Of a DNA stretch of 64,000 nucleotides, positions 1 to 13,042 are shown in pieces (position 1 is the first letter of the stretch; each line of letters begins with the position of its first letter). The notes below the pieces were generated by a model, which searched no databases, was not told where the DNA came from, and saw nothing but the letters and a program-made list of their open reading frames with translations. The position numbers and the translations under genes are program-made. Location: the NCBI GenBank assembly GCA_053919585.1, contig CM132796.1. One strand, 5' to 3'. The DNA comes from Euprymna scolopes (lineage: Eukaryota).

Positions 1-588
1 TATCCGAATATCCTTTAAGTAAAAGGTTAAATGGTTAAACACATAATTAGTTGAATAGATTGTTAGAAACTTCAAAAGTCAAATCCGTTAAACTTTGCAG
101 CAAACTTTTTTGCCAAGAACCGATTAAAAATTGCACTATATCTGAAAACAATTCACGTAAAATTCCAAATGTTAGGCTAAAAATTGGTTGAGTAATTTGG
201 TAGAGACGGTAGATGATTTTTTTTTAATTTGACCTAAATTCTGATCCTTTTTACATCCTTTAGGGACATAAATCGAATATAGAATCTGGGTCATGCTCTA
301 GTAAACTACATCTAAAATTTCAAGTGTAAAGACCCGGAATTTGCGGAGAATTTTGGTAAAGTTTTCAAAGGTCAAATCGTTTTACTTTGACCTTTTGACT
401 GACAAATTTCTGGCCGAAAACAGAGTCAAAAATGTTTCCAAATTTCGATGCCTCATATGTCAAATCTCGAGCCTGTGGACTTAAAATTGGAAGCATAGTA
501 ATGTATTGAATTGTACACACACATACACACAGGCACACATACACACATACACACATACAGACAAAAAATTTCATGTCATAGATAGATT
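1..588 (-). mobile_element. Non-autonomous Helitron-like dispersed repeat, truncated by the window start
   Basis: Similar to 20170-20582 (shared tttcaagtgt..gaccc, ggtcaaatc..tttgacc and tgtacacacac blocks, ending ..atagat). Internal subrepeats and a (CA)n tract near the end. Confidence 0.4.
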
Positions 589-1723
589 ATAGTGCATGTG
601 ACAAGGCGTGTAACTGTAAATTAATTTTCATGATAACGCAGTTATAATTTTTTGTTTTATTTAATTGTGATAAAATTGGTTTTGTTCTAAATATTATATA
701 ATTAACAATTTATGTGTCGATATATAACGGTGTCTATTTCTTGTTATTTATCGTTTAATATGTAATCCTATTCGCGTATCTCACTATATTATGTATTCAA
801 AATTGTATTTATTTAATTTTTATTTATCATCGATTTGTAACTGCGACCTCCAGCTACATGAATCGGATGCATTAAAATACGAGTAAAATCTTTTCGTTCC
901 TATCTTTTGCGTCAATTTTTATATTTGCAGAGTTGGATGCTTAAATAGAATGGACATATCATAAGTATATTATTTCCATGAAAAGATTATTTGATGCAAA
1001 ATATCCTTAATAAAAGGTATATTATTTTCTCTAGTGTGCCGTGTCTGCTTTCAAGAGGGCAATTGAATTTTCCGATAATTCAAAATCATATAATGAATAC
1101 GAAATTTTCTACTTGTAAAATGCTTTTCAGGAAGTTGCATTCCACAATAATGCCGACATATATTGCTTATACGTTAATCCTTGATTTTCCAACACAAAAT
1201 CTTAGAGTGTACACACTCACAGACAAACACACGCACGTATATATGCGTGTGTGCGTACACATATGCAAATATACATGAGGTAGCGTACCACATGTAATGT
1301 TTCTTCTACTTTCACATCGGCCGAATGGATGTATAGATAGAAAATTGCATTGTTATAATGTATGAACTTAGGCATTGATGACTTGAAGTTCCATGTCTTA
1401 GTTGAAGACATTGATGGTGTTATATAGTAAGAAACCGACATCTGTCATTGGTATGCTTCAAGAGAATAAATGTGTCATTGGGATTCTCGCAAGTTAGCAT
1501 TGAAAATGATTTGATACTCATGATTAAAAAGATGCTCCACCAAAGTAAATATCCCGTTTTTTATAACTATTCGTTTTAAAGTTCATAAAAAATACCTTGT
1601 CCACAGCAATTGTTAATCGCCGGGGAAGGTGCATACAGTATTCCTACTGATAATGTGGAAAACAATTTTTGAACAAAAAGTTGACTCGTTATAATAATTT
1701 ATTTTCACTCTTCCTTTTTGAAG

Positions 1724-1898
1724 AAGCTTTNNNNNNNNNNNNNNNNNNNNNNNNNNNNNNNNNNNNNNNNNNNNNNNNNNNNNNNNNNNNNNNNNNNNNN
1801 NNNNNNNNNNNNNNNNNNNNNNNNNNNNNNNNNNNNNNNNNNNNNNNNNNNNNNNNNNNNNNNNNNNNNNNNNTTAAGGAATTCTTACTTAAATTAAG
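1724..1898 (+). other. Putative masked exon (N 1731-1873)
   Basis: ctcttcctttttgaag acceptor. Donor is either [g]ttaag or aag|gtgaag at 1899. Confidence 0.45.
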
Positions 1899-2019
1899 GT
1901 GAAGATGATGAAATATGTTTATCACAAGCTTAAGTGTATTTCGTAGTTCGAATTCGATATAAAATTATATCAGTTAGATGAGGTTTTACCATGTTCTTCA
2001 CCGTCAAATATGTACAGTA

Positions 2020-2023
<4 letters not shown>

Positions 2024-2064
<41 letters not shown>
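2024..2064. repeat. (TA)n microsatellite
   Basis: Direct observation. Confidence 0.95.
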
Positions 2065-2068
<4 letters not shown>

Positions 2069-4740
2069 CATAAAAGTATATATTAAAACCCTACGTATAC
2101 TTTGAAAGTAACTTGCTTCATTTACATATCACTCGACCACACTATTAAGTAAAAACTGTTAAACAATTTATGTTTTTTAACATAATGTTGTTCTTATTTC
2201 TGTATCATTTGGTCATTGTAAATATTTTATTCTTTCACGTTTCGGTATGAAGACGACTAATTTAATAAGTCCAAGCTTTAAAATATTTAGATGTTTTATA
2301 TTACTTATGTGATTAAATTTCATGGTGTTACGTGCATTTATATGATTATATCAAAGCAACTACTTTTTGTTATTGTTTTAGTGGGTTTGTGTATATTTTA
2401 GAACATATGTTTTTTGTATTTATCAGTAAATAAATATCTATTGGAAAGTTACATTATATGCACACTTATCTGCTATATATCTGGAAAAAGCACACGATCT
2501 AGAATAAATAAACCGTATTTTAAATTCGACTAGTTGTTCTGATGTGTTATATTCACTGTGATATATATCACGTCTACCTGTTATATTTTGAGCTCTTAAT
2601 ATATGTATACAAAGGGCTTCATGGCATTATGCCTCGAATGTTAATAGTATGAATTCGTAGATTTTTCCTAATGTTATGTTAGAAAATACGATGTACTATA
2701 AGATATAACATTTTTTTTAATAGATATACCTATAGACAAGTACACTGCCAACCGTGACCTGTCGTAAAATATGCATTGATATTATGCTTTAATTCATACA
2801 CAAACTGGGATAGGTGCATGCGAGTATTATATTATTCTAAACAGTAAACTTATCGTAAATAAAAAAAAATACTCGAGCAGAGATAGAAATCAAAACCTAA
2901 TGACAGTGAGTCAAGTACGATAACAATTAGCCTAGCTTTACATGTTCTTTACAAATTGGTTTCAAAGCGTATTCTTAATATAAGAAGTATTTCATGTGAA
3001 CGAATTAAGCATGCGAATTCCTGAGACAGTTAACAATCATATAAATATTCGATCATGCCAACCGTACATGTTGTTTATATTCTGACGTATAAACATACTG
3101 ATTTTCCGAAAAAACAACGGACTCATTTTTCACGAGTCTGAATACCGCATATACAAATTGTCAAGTCTGTAGATCAAAAATATGTTGAGTATATATGTTG
3201 AGAATTGTCCTCACACGCATTCTCACTTATATTTCACTAAACAAGTAAAGAAACACAGATTTGCATACACAACATTATTTTCTAAATATTGAAAAATACG
3301 TATATTTTTATTTATAGAAAAGTAACGGAAATAATGCATAAATTCCATCAACTGCCCTTCAAGAATTATATATATTCTAATTCAGAAGATTATATTGAAA
3401 TGTATAGGTTTGAGAAAAAAATCGAATGTCTTCAACTATTCTCTCGTCATTTCGACTAAGTTCAGTATATTCGTCTCTTCTACGTAAGAAAATATGTGTA
3501 AATAAAGATCGTAGTATTAAAAAAAACAAAAAAAATATCATTTGAATCAATCGAGTTACTGTTTGGATTTGGATTGCGATCTTTAAATAGTTGGTCAATA
3601 TATTTCTTACAACCTCATCGAACATAGCAGTCTTTTTTAGTAAAACACTATGCCATTTTTCTATTAAATTCTACATCATGCTCAGAATCGCGATCGGATT
3701 AGTCAGAAATGATTACTAACATACTTTCTAGTTATACAAAATACTATCGAGTTCGACAGTAAAATAATGTCCGACAACATACACCTGAAAATTTTACATT
3801 GACTGAGACGTTGTGAATGTAGCATTTGTCCGAATAATGGAGATAATATGACTTATCAATACTCATTTTCAAAAAATCATATACAAGATGGCATTAACGA
3901 TCACATTAGAATACGTGATAATATATACATATATGCACGTAAATATGTAATAACAGGAATGATATTACAAACAATTATTATAAGCATATTTTTCGGAAAA
4001 TTCTTTTATAAGGCGCATAACCTGATAGTGATAGAAGTTCAAGAGAAAATGCATATAACACCTGTAATAATTAATCTCCAATGCTTACTGGTGTTACATG
4101 TTACTGGGGCAATTCCATTAAAAATTGCCTACTAGATCAAAGACTGCTGGCAAATATTATCGAAAAAATAGTCTGTTAGAATGCAGTAATAATAAGAAGC
4201 GGGAATATTGTTTGGAAAATCACAGGAAATACCCCCTTATATAATTAAACTATTAAATGCACACTATTGTCGAGAGAAACATCCGGTTTTAAACTAAGTC
4301 CATGGAAAATTATCAATGTGGTCGCATAAAGAAGTTTATTTTTTCTCGTCTAGTATAAGATAAAAATATGGGTTAGCTCATAAGATGATGGTTTAAGGCA
4401 GTTTTCACCACTCAGAAAGTGAGTAGAAAGTAATGTCTGATACAAACCCAGTTTAAATTGATATGCGAGTTTTCTGTTTTGATACATATTTTTAGCAAAT
4501 GAACGACATGCATAACTGAATGACTACATCTCTATTTCGCATACCCCAAAAGACAGAGGTATGAGTACGGACTAGCCTCTCATCCTATAATTTAAAGAAT
4601 TGTAAATATGATTTTTCCTGGCATTTTATTAGAATGGTTGTTTTATGACATGTGAAACAACGATTCCTACTTTTTTTTAAATATAGGTATGCAAAACCAT
4701 ATGATATTGATACTTAGATTACGTGAGTATTTGATGGGCA

Positions 4741-6649
4741 TTTTTACATGGTAGTTACCACTTAACACGGCCTGGAAGCCACTCGGGAATAAGGGTTATT
4801 GCGTGCACGGTAATCAATTGGATAGCCTCGTAGTAATCGTTAGTATTGGTGATTTGATAAAGTGTCTTACTTAAGGGGCGGTTCATCACGAATTTGTTTA
4901 TGTAGGACTTGAACACATCCAAGTTGTAGTTAGGTAGAAAACAGGCAAACGCAAGAGAGCTCCACAGATGTGCACTTCTAAGAAAGAAGCTTTCTGCATG
5001 GAATCTACGTTACAATTAAGGCACAGTTAAATAGTGGGGATAACTTTTGGCAGGGGTTTAAGCTAGACGGATGTTTTTTTGTAAAAGATTGGCGTGAGGG
5101 GGCAGATATTGTAGCTCAGACGATCATTTGCCATGGAAGCCAGGATAAAACAAAAACAGGCTGCAACGTCTCTTCTGTGGGAGAGAACTTTCAGAGAAGA
5201 GAAAAGGGCATCCCCACTAAGTCGATTTTGTACTCTGTCAAGGGAGGAAAGGCTGTTTTTAGCAGCTCCTGCCCAGATATGGCAGCAGTATTCCATCATT
5301 GGACGTGCGTGACTTTTATATAGATAGAGAATTGCATGAGTAGTTAGATATATTCTGGAGCGGTAGAAGGATCCTACTATTTTTCCAGCAACCTTGGCAA
5401 CATACTTGATTCACGTGTTCCATTTCAGATCAGGAGTAAAGGTCTATCCCAGAAACTTGTAAAAACATCCAAACGAGAGTCATCCATTTCAATGCATGCC
5501 AAATGGGGATCAGAGAGTTGATGATGAAAAGATAGAAGGTTGGTTTTAGATGAATTAAAAGTAACCAGCCACCTCTTCCCCCACTGTAAAAGGCGTTCAA
5601 GATCAGAGGAAAGGGAATAAGAGAGAGCTTTGTCATTTACAGCATTTGATGTGCTGCCCTAAATGGTCGTGCCATCAGCATAGATGTCAACAAATGATAT
5701 AAGTATGTGTTTTGGGAGATCATTGATGTAGATCTGGAAGAGTGTTGGGCACAGGATTGACCCCTGAGGGCCTCAAACATTAATACTGTGGGGCTCTGAT
5801 TTCGGCCCATCAACTTATGAGCCTGTCAGAGAGAAATGATTTGATAATTGAGAAAACATTTCCAGTTATACCGTAGCTGGAAATCTTGTGAAGTAGGTTT
5901 TATGCCATATCTTATCGAAGGCCTTTGATATATCAAGATCAATTACCCTAGAAATAAAGCCTTTGTTGAGAGATTTACTAATCCTATGAGAGAGACCCGT
6001 TAGCACTTCTTCTGTAGATCTAGCAGAACGGAGACTATATTGTATGTCACTAATAAGGTTATTTCTGCTGATTAATATGGAGTCTAGCAACTTACGCATG
6101 ATACACAGGATACTTATTTGTCTGTACTGAGAGGGAGATGATTTATCACCTGGTTTTCCAAATGCATGACATACTGATGAGGTTTCCTATGCTTTTATGC
6201 TATACCTTATCGAAGGCCTTTGACATGTAAAGAGCAATTGCCCTAGAAAGAAGACGTTGTCGAGATATCCAAATATCTTATTCGATAAACCCGTTAGCAT
6301 ATCTGCTGTAGATCTAGCAGGACGGAAACCATATTGCATGCGACTAATAAGGTTATTCCTGCTGAGGTGGTTGACTAGTTCTTTATTTAATATGGATTCT
6401 AGCAACTTACTAATGACACACATGAGATTTATTGGTATGTACTTAGAGGGAGATTACTTTTCACCTGAACCCTTCAATACACGGTACACTGATGAGGTTT
6501 TCCATGGTGCTGGGACACACTACTCCTTAAGGCAATGCTTAAACAGTTTTGTAAGCATGGGGAGAGCATCTGGTTGCAGTTTTTCAACATTATAATTGGA
6601 ATGCCGTTAAGGCCATTTACCTTACTGGAATCTAGCTTGGAGACATTAA

Positions 6650-6737
<88 letters not shown>

Positions 6738-7350
6738 GTTGCATAGCGTGTTGTCTGTTAAAGGAGGAAATACGGGGAGTTGATGGCCTCTGTCGTATAG
6801 GATAGAATTAGCTGCAAAGTTCTTGGCCAATAGTTTTGTCTTGTCTGCTGCTGACGAGATGGCATCAGGTACATTGGTTATGGTTGGGATAGAACGCACG
6901 CTTCTGTTCAGGATCCTGTTTGCTATTTGCCACAACTGTTGGAACCAAACCGCTGGTAAGCTACTTTTGATTTAACGGACTGAGGATAGAGCTCTCTTGC
7001 ATGTTTTATTACTCTTTTACAATAGTTGCTGGAAGTCCTAAAAGCAGTCTTAGTACATTTATTACGTTGGTAGCTATGGAAAAACTCTTTTCTGTGCGCG
7101 ATAGCAGCAACACATTTGGGGAGAACCATGGCTGTCTGTTAGGTTTTTGTTGAAATTTTTTGGATTGTATGAATCGGTTTAAACCTACAATTTTCCGATT
7201 CGGTCAGATTTGATACTATAGAGGGCACATTCTTTTTGAACATGAAATGCAGAGGTAGATCAGATATAAATGTGGGGAAACTATCCCAGTCAGCCATAGA
7301 GTATCGATATACAGTAGGGTGGAGAGGTGCGTCTGAAGATTTATGGATAT
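4741..7350 (-). mobile_element. Degenerate 5'-truncated CR1-group LINE (ORF2 RT pseudogene)
   Basis: Fragments MEYCCHIWAGA, DLDISKAFDKIWH and QYGFRPARSTAD, the family 3' tail and an A-tail at 4741-4745. Frameshifts, an internal duplication and a (TA)n expansion. Confidence 0.9.
6652..6735. repeat. (TA)n microsatellite inside LINE ORF2
   Basis: Direct observation. Confidence 0.95.
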
Positions 7351-7476
7351 CTTACATTACGCTCCAGATGAGTGAGCTCAAACTATAGCATACTCTTCTC
7401 TACATTATAGGATATGTTTTTATAATATGCACATCGGTTGTACGAACCATAGTAATTGTTCTGGACTTACATGTCT

Positions 7477-7636
7477 TGTGATTATAAATTACCCCAAATC
7501 TGGCTTTGTACAACCTTTCAGGAAATAAATGAATACAAATTTGACTGCTCTTTCTTTTCATAGACTGATGAGGAAGCGATAATTAGGGGAAATGCACAAA
7601 TGAGTTTAAATCGTGTTTTTTCGAATAAAAGTGTGT

Positions 7637-7689
<53 letters not shown>

Positions 7690-7826
7690 TGCATCTTTTT
7701 GGCAGAATGAGATACTGAAAGATGTGTGCTGGGGTTTGGTACCGACAATTGCGAGAAAGAGAGCATAAATGTTGGGTATTCCTTCTTTGGGTTCACTTTC
7801 TAGTACTACCAATATATTAAACTGCA
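7477..7826 (+). repeat. 5' LTR of element A, contains (GA)n at 7640-7686
   Basis: TG..CA ends. Aligns by eye to 10874-11132 (tgtgatta, tttcaggaaa, ggggaaat, accgacaattgcgaga). Confidence 0.65.
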
Positions 7827-7838
7827 AGCTATTTCGGC
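7827..7838 (+). promoter_or_regulatory. Non-canonical primer-binding site complementary to tRNA-Phe nt 1-12
   Basis: AGCTATTTCGGC directly after the LTR-terminal CA and 20 nt before the gag ATG. 12/12 reverse complement of GCCGAAATAGCT. Confidence 0.7.
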
Positions 7839-10800
7839 ACAACATCGAAAATATACGAATGGGTCAGGTTAAACAGAGATATCCTAGGGTTATTCACTGG
7901 GGAAAAAGTGGTCGCGTGGCTTAACAAGCTGAAGCTAGTGAAAAAAGCTGCAGAATATTGAAGACTTCGCCACATTTGTCCAAATGTATTTGGAAGCGAA
8001 TACATTAGCGGTCTATATAGGAATAGAAGATATAACTCAGGCAATTGATGAGATTATTGATTAAAAGCCACATCTTCACATAATAAGGTCAGAAAGTTTA
8101 CCTGGACCGGAGAGCCGAAAGATGTATATGCGGCAGAGATAAGGCGACGGGCTGGATTGGTTAGAAATAAAGGACTAACCCTTGAGAAAACTCTTCAATT
8201 TGCCTTCTTATGTGGCTTTTGTGACTGCCTCTCTACGGAAGCGCAACGACTTACTGCAATTAAAACCGTGGACGAGGAAATAATTGAGACATGCTAAGGT
8301 GATTGCTAAAAACCCAGTAGATTGAGGGGAAATTGCAGTTTTTGTGGCAAACAATAAAAACAGAGAGGGGGGACATTAACGAAACAAAATAGTAGATTTA
8401 CTGGAGTATTCTTCAAACATCGAGACACCCACCTTATTAAATACTAAAGTGAGCCGCGACAAGACATTATCTGTTTCCAGTGTGGGCAGGAAGGAAACAT
8501 TAGTAGAAATTGCTCAACGCATCGGGGAAATTAGTAATGTGGTCCTATTTTGTTCTATAAAGGCGGGTGAAACTTTGTTGTCACCAATCATAATCTCTCT
8601 TTGCGATACGAAGTCTTGAGACCCTGTCAACACCGGTTATACCAAACGCTTGTTACTAAAAATTTCGCCAAATCCTGGAATGGAACCAGCAAGATTAGAG
8701 TAGCAGATGACAAAGAAATGAAATGTTATAGAGAGGTCGATGCTGAGATCGTAGTAAAGAATATGTCGCTGATTAAATATGATTTAACTGAAGAGACGTA
8801 TGCAGGGATTTACATTATTATGTGTCTGGATATTATAGACCGTTTGAGAGAAGCTATGATTGCTAAAAGGTGGGTGAAGTTTGAATAGAATAACCAGAAG
8901 TGCAATCAGGAGCAGTAATATCCACCTGTAAAAATCTACACCCTTTTTGATTGAGGATGAGGACATTCAGCCGACTTGGATGGTGTTATATTTCCGGGAG
9001 TAATACAAGTATGTGGCTAGAGTCGACTTGTGTGAGGAAATCAAGAGAGACTGGAGTAGACTTGGACGGGCAACATAAATAGTCGACGGACACTCGGGCT
9101 ACCCGATTCATGTCGACGAGAAGTGCAGTATTATCAATTAATAGAGTATAAATATCAAGTTATTGTTTGACTATATAAGGACTTGGACTAAATTCGACAC
9201 TGAAATTCATGACGACAATTCTTAAAACTGTGTTGGCAAAACCATACTGTGAAAAGAGTGACCTGCTCTTACATCGATTATGCAATGGTGGACAAAACCG
9301 ATGGTGGCTGCAAAGAGGGTGGGAGCTCATCTCAAAACATATGAATTGACGGAAAACCCCGTCTGTGTAATTGGAAAATGGGATGACTTTAGTATTAGGA
9401 CTACAGCGCAATAAGGCAGGAAAGATTATATTTAGACGAGGAAACTAAATTCGCAGAGCCAAGAGCTTTTCTCGATATGTGGAAAAATTCCAAAGTTCGA
9501 TAGTTGCGAACTCTGTGCAGTTTTATTTAAAAGCAGACGGATATAGGTAGTTGGGTGCATACAATTGATCAAGAAGTGATGGTCATTATGCAAGAAGTCA
9601 TTGCAGAAGTGAAAAAAATTGGCCACATATAAAGTAAATGGTGTAAATAAAGGAGCCAAAGAAGAGGTAATATGAAGTAGCCTAGAGTTTTAGGTGTATT
9701 ATTAGAAACAGGAAAAGTGACTGTTGAAGATGATAGGCTTCGGGGAAAGAATGATAGCACCAATATGAATGTTGCGAAACTCGATCCTACAAGGAAGAGC
9801 TTCAATCAGGCTTCAAAAAAGGGGATACATATGGTGGAGGTTAGGACATCCTCTGCAACAGTGACATAATGGATTAAATCGTAGATTGCTAGTAATAACC
9901 GGATCAAGACAAAAGGAGCAGCGAAGATGCTTATTAAGCGTCGACTTGTAGTGATCTGAAAATTCAGACTGAAAGTAACTCTCAGCTTGATTCCATCTCA
10001 GAAAAATAAAGATGGCATGCTGATTTGAGAGCATCAGTTTGGCTACGGAACGGGCAAAATATGGGGCCGCTGTGTTGTGCATTAACGCATCTAAAAGCCT
10101 GCAGAAAATGTATAATTTGGAAAAGAAAATCATATCAAGCACGAAAGCTGAACGGGGACATTACACTTCAAGATATCGAAGAAGTGGTGTAAATCTAGAG
10201 GGAATATTAATAACTTGACGCGAAATAGGGGAAATGCATGTTGAAGAATATTGACGGTGACTGGGTATATATGCCAAGCGTTATCAACATGATTGGCTGT
10301 GTTGCTAGGAGAGTATATATATGGCTGAAAATCGTAAATTAAACTGAAGAAGAGGTGAAGGGAGTTGTCGAGGATGAGGTTTCTGAAAAGGGGCCCAGTG
10401 TAAGAGATGTTTTTGGATAACGGTATGCCCTTTCGTTCGGTTGTTTTTAGAGACTTATCTGCGAAGTTGAATGGTGGCTATAATTTAGAGTTGAATACAC
10501 TCCGACTGGTAATGGAATTATAGAATAAAAAAATCGCACTATACACGCTGTGGCATCGAGAATCCATTTGCTTTAACTGAAAGAGAAAGAGAAAGAGAGA
10601 GAGTGGAACAGGTGCACACAAAAATGACAGTTGGTAACAGGTCTGAGTAAAACTACCATATTCTCGTTAGAGAACCCGTTCGGAAAGAGATACTGTCACT
10701 GAAGTACTCTCCAAAGAGAACGTAGCGGATAATGTAATGCACGTCCACTTTAAGATATACGGAAAGTTTCCATGTCAGCAGAAAAAGAGGAGGTTGTTCA

Positions 10801-10873
10801 TGTTCTTGAAGAAGAACCTATGCGACGATTGTAGATTATGAGCCCAATTATTCATCTAAGGATCTAGGTGTCG

Positions 10874-11132
10874 TGTGATTAAAAAGTAGTACAAACATGA
10901 CCTTGCATTACATGCCGTCTTTTTCAGGAAAAGAGTAAAGATGTAAATGTGTGTTACTGGTATTTATGGACTGGTGCTTACGGGAGGTAACGAGAGTTGG
11001 GGGAAATATGCTAATGAAATGCAGTCATTTTTTTTTCAAATAAAAAACTTGTGTTTCAGATAGACAGATATGCGTAAGGGTTTTATACCGATAATTTCGA
11101 GAAGTAGAATATAAGGACATTTCTAATATGCA
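10874..11132 (+). repeat. 3' LTR of element A (diverged, internally deleted)
   Basis: Homology to 7477-7826. Preceded by a decayed PPT-like gatctaggtgtcg. Confidence 0.55.
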
Positions 11133-11679
11133 TGTCTTGTCATTACGATAATACTCTTTTATTCTATATACAACATGATTATGTCGTGCTCAGAGATATA
11201 AAGAAAAAGCAGTCACTGTTCATGTTTTCGAATTTAATTTAATTTCAAATATACATGCACTGATTTTCGTCCTTTTTGATTATTTACTTTTTTTCTAAAG
11301 TTTTTCGAAAAACACTACATTTTTCTTCAGTCGTTTGAAAATCACCATATTTTACGAGTCTAGTATTCGAAACTCCTCTCTTTCCTATACGTCATATATC
11401 ATTCACGATCATATAAGTCACTCTATATAAATAAGTAATCTATTATAGTTCCTATTAATTCTACTTAAGTAAAACTTCAGACGTAAAAAAAAATCAGACG
11501 AGGTAAATATAGCGGACACACCGTGCGAAATTGTGTATTTTGTTCATATAAACGCTTTTAGGACTTATTCAGATGCTTCCTTTGTTATTCAAACAGCATG
11601 ACATTTGTTGAATTGATGTATGTATATTTTTATTTACACACACATATATACACACATATACAACCATATCTCTACATAN

Positions 11680-11819
11680 NNNNNNNNNNNNNNNNNNNNN
11701 NNNNNNNNNNNNNNNNNNNNNNNNNNNNNNNNNNNNNNNNNNNNNNNNNNNNNNNNNNNNNNNNNNNNNNNNNNNNNNNNNNNNNNNNNNNNNNNNNNNN
11801 NNNNNNNNNNNNNNNNNNN
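11680..11819 (+). other. Putative masked exon (N 11679-11820)
   Basis: tctctacata[g] acceptor and [g]tgagtg donor. Confidence 0.65.
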
Positions 11820-12675
11820 NTGAGTGCGTGGTTGTTCTATATCTGATAAGTATCTGTAAAGAACTTTACAAATCTCTTTTGTTTTCTACACAATTGAAGG
11901 ATCTGCTTTTGCCGTTCAGCAGGATAAACAAAGTCGAGCTATATCAGAATAAAGAAAAATAATACCGTCCATTTTGTAGATATTACATTACACACATACT
12001 TTCTTGTCTTGGAAGAAAAAACGTTTGAAAATTATTTTCTCATATTATGAATATAGTTTATTCAATTCTGCATTGTATTATGTACAATGCAATAAAAGCA
12101 ATAGGAAACGCTGCCAGTCAAACTTATTATTTGTATATTGCTTGCTTTCAATGATTCAGAAAAAATATCCCAAACTTTGTGCACTAGTTTATTATTGGCT
12201 GATCTATTGTCTGCAGACTTTGTGAAAAATAGAGACAAAATAATATAGTTTACACAATGGTTTTTATCTAAATTAACTTGGAATGCTTTCCCGAATCCGT
12301 TGTGAATATTTGATGGGCAAACAAAATTGTATGAACAAATCGATAGCGGCATATTGAAGCATAGGTCAAATGAAAATGATAACCTAAATGTACACATTTC
12401 TTATAGGTATATATTTTAGTAGTTCTTTCTCTTAATACCTATTATAATTTTATCAAGTAATAGGTATATTGTTTAGGTTTTCAATACTACGTAGACAAAT
12501 CTTTACATTGGAACGAGCTATATATTTTAAACAATAATTCAATTATCTTAAACTTTTCTACTGTGAAATATGTTTTTTTATTAGTATGCGTATTATTTTT
12601 CTAAAACAGTTGTATTTATAGCTATTTGCATCCTGAAGACTAAATAAATAGGATACGCTTCAGTTGTATGCATTA

Positions 12676-12950
12676 TGCTACTTTACCTTCACCGAGGTGC
12701 CGGACTTATATGATCTTCACCGAGATGCGCGCCTTGACACACAAAAAAAACAGCCTCTTAATCACATGCTAACGCACACGTCACTGTAACGTCCAATGAC
12801 AACAACAACAACCGTCTCAATCGACCTGCCTTTTATTTATCTCAATCCCTCCTCTTGCGACTTCCGCTTATAAAAACCTAAGTTTTGTTGTCGCGCATGC
12901 CTATACAAGGTACACACACGTGGGCGTTTATTTTGCTGGTAAGTACTACA
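12676..12950 (-). repeat. 3' LTR of element B
   Basis: Direct repeat of 18315-18620, TG..CA on the minus strand, adjacent polypurine tract at 12951-12960. Confidence 0.92.
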
Positions 12951-13042
12951 CTCCCCCCTGATCTGATGATCACATAGAGTGCACTCCGGGGTGGCCTCTT
13001 AATTTGTTCGCTTCTGCGAAGGGTGGTATTTACACTCTCGGA

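Larger units (their letters stand above)
7477..11132 (+). mobile_element. Heavily decayed LTR retrotransposon A (gag-PR-RT-RH-IN)
   Basis: Gag start VVAWLNKLKLV, knuckle CFQCGQEGNISRNC (8472-8513), RT YCLT..GLGLNS and SYID, RNase H LGVLLE, integrase DNGMPFRS and TGNGIIE. Diverged direct repeats at both ends. Candidate 5-bp TSD tgtct at 7472-7476 and 11133-11137. Confidence 0.85.

Noticed and set aside
1669-1925. ORFs spanning N-runs
   Set aside because: Their length comes from X residues, so no product can be inferred.
4085-4130. Possible minus-strand micro-exon (tag|GCAATT..ACCA|gtaag)
   Set aside because: Weak acceptor, no recognisable peptide, and expected by chance.
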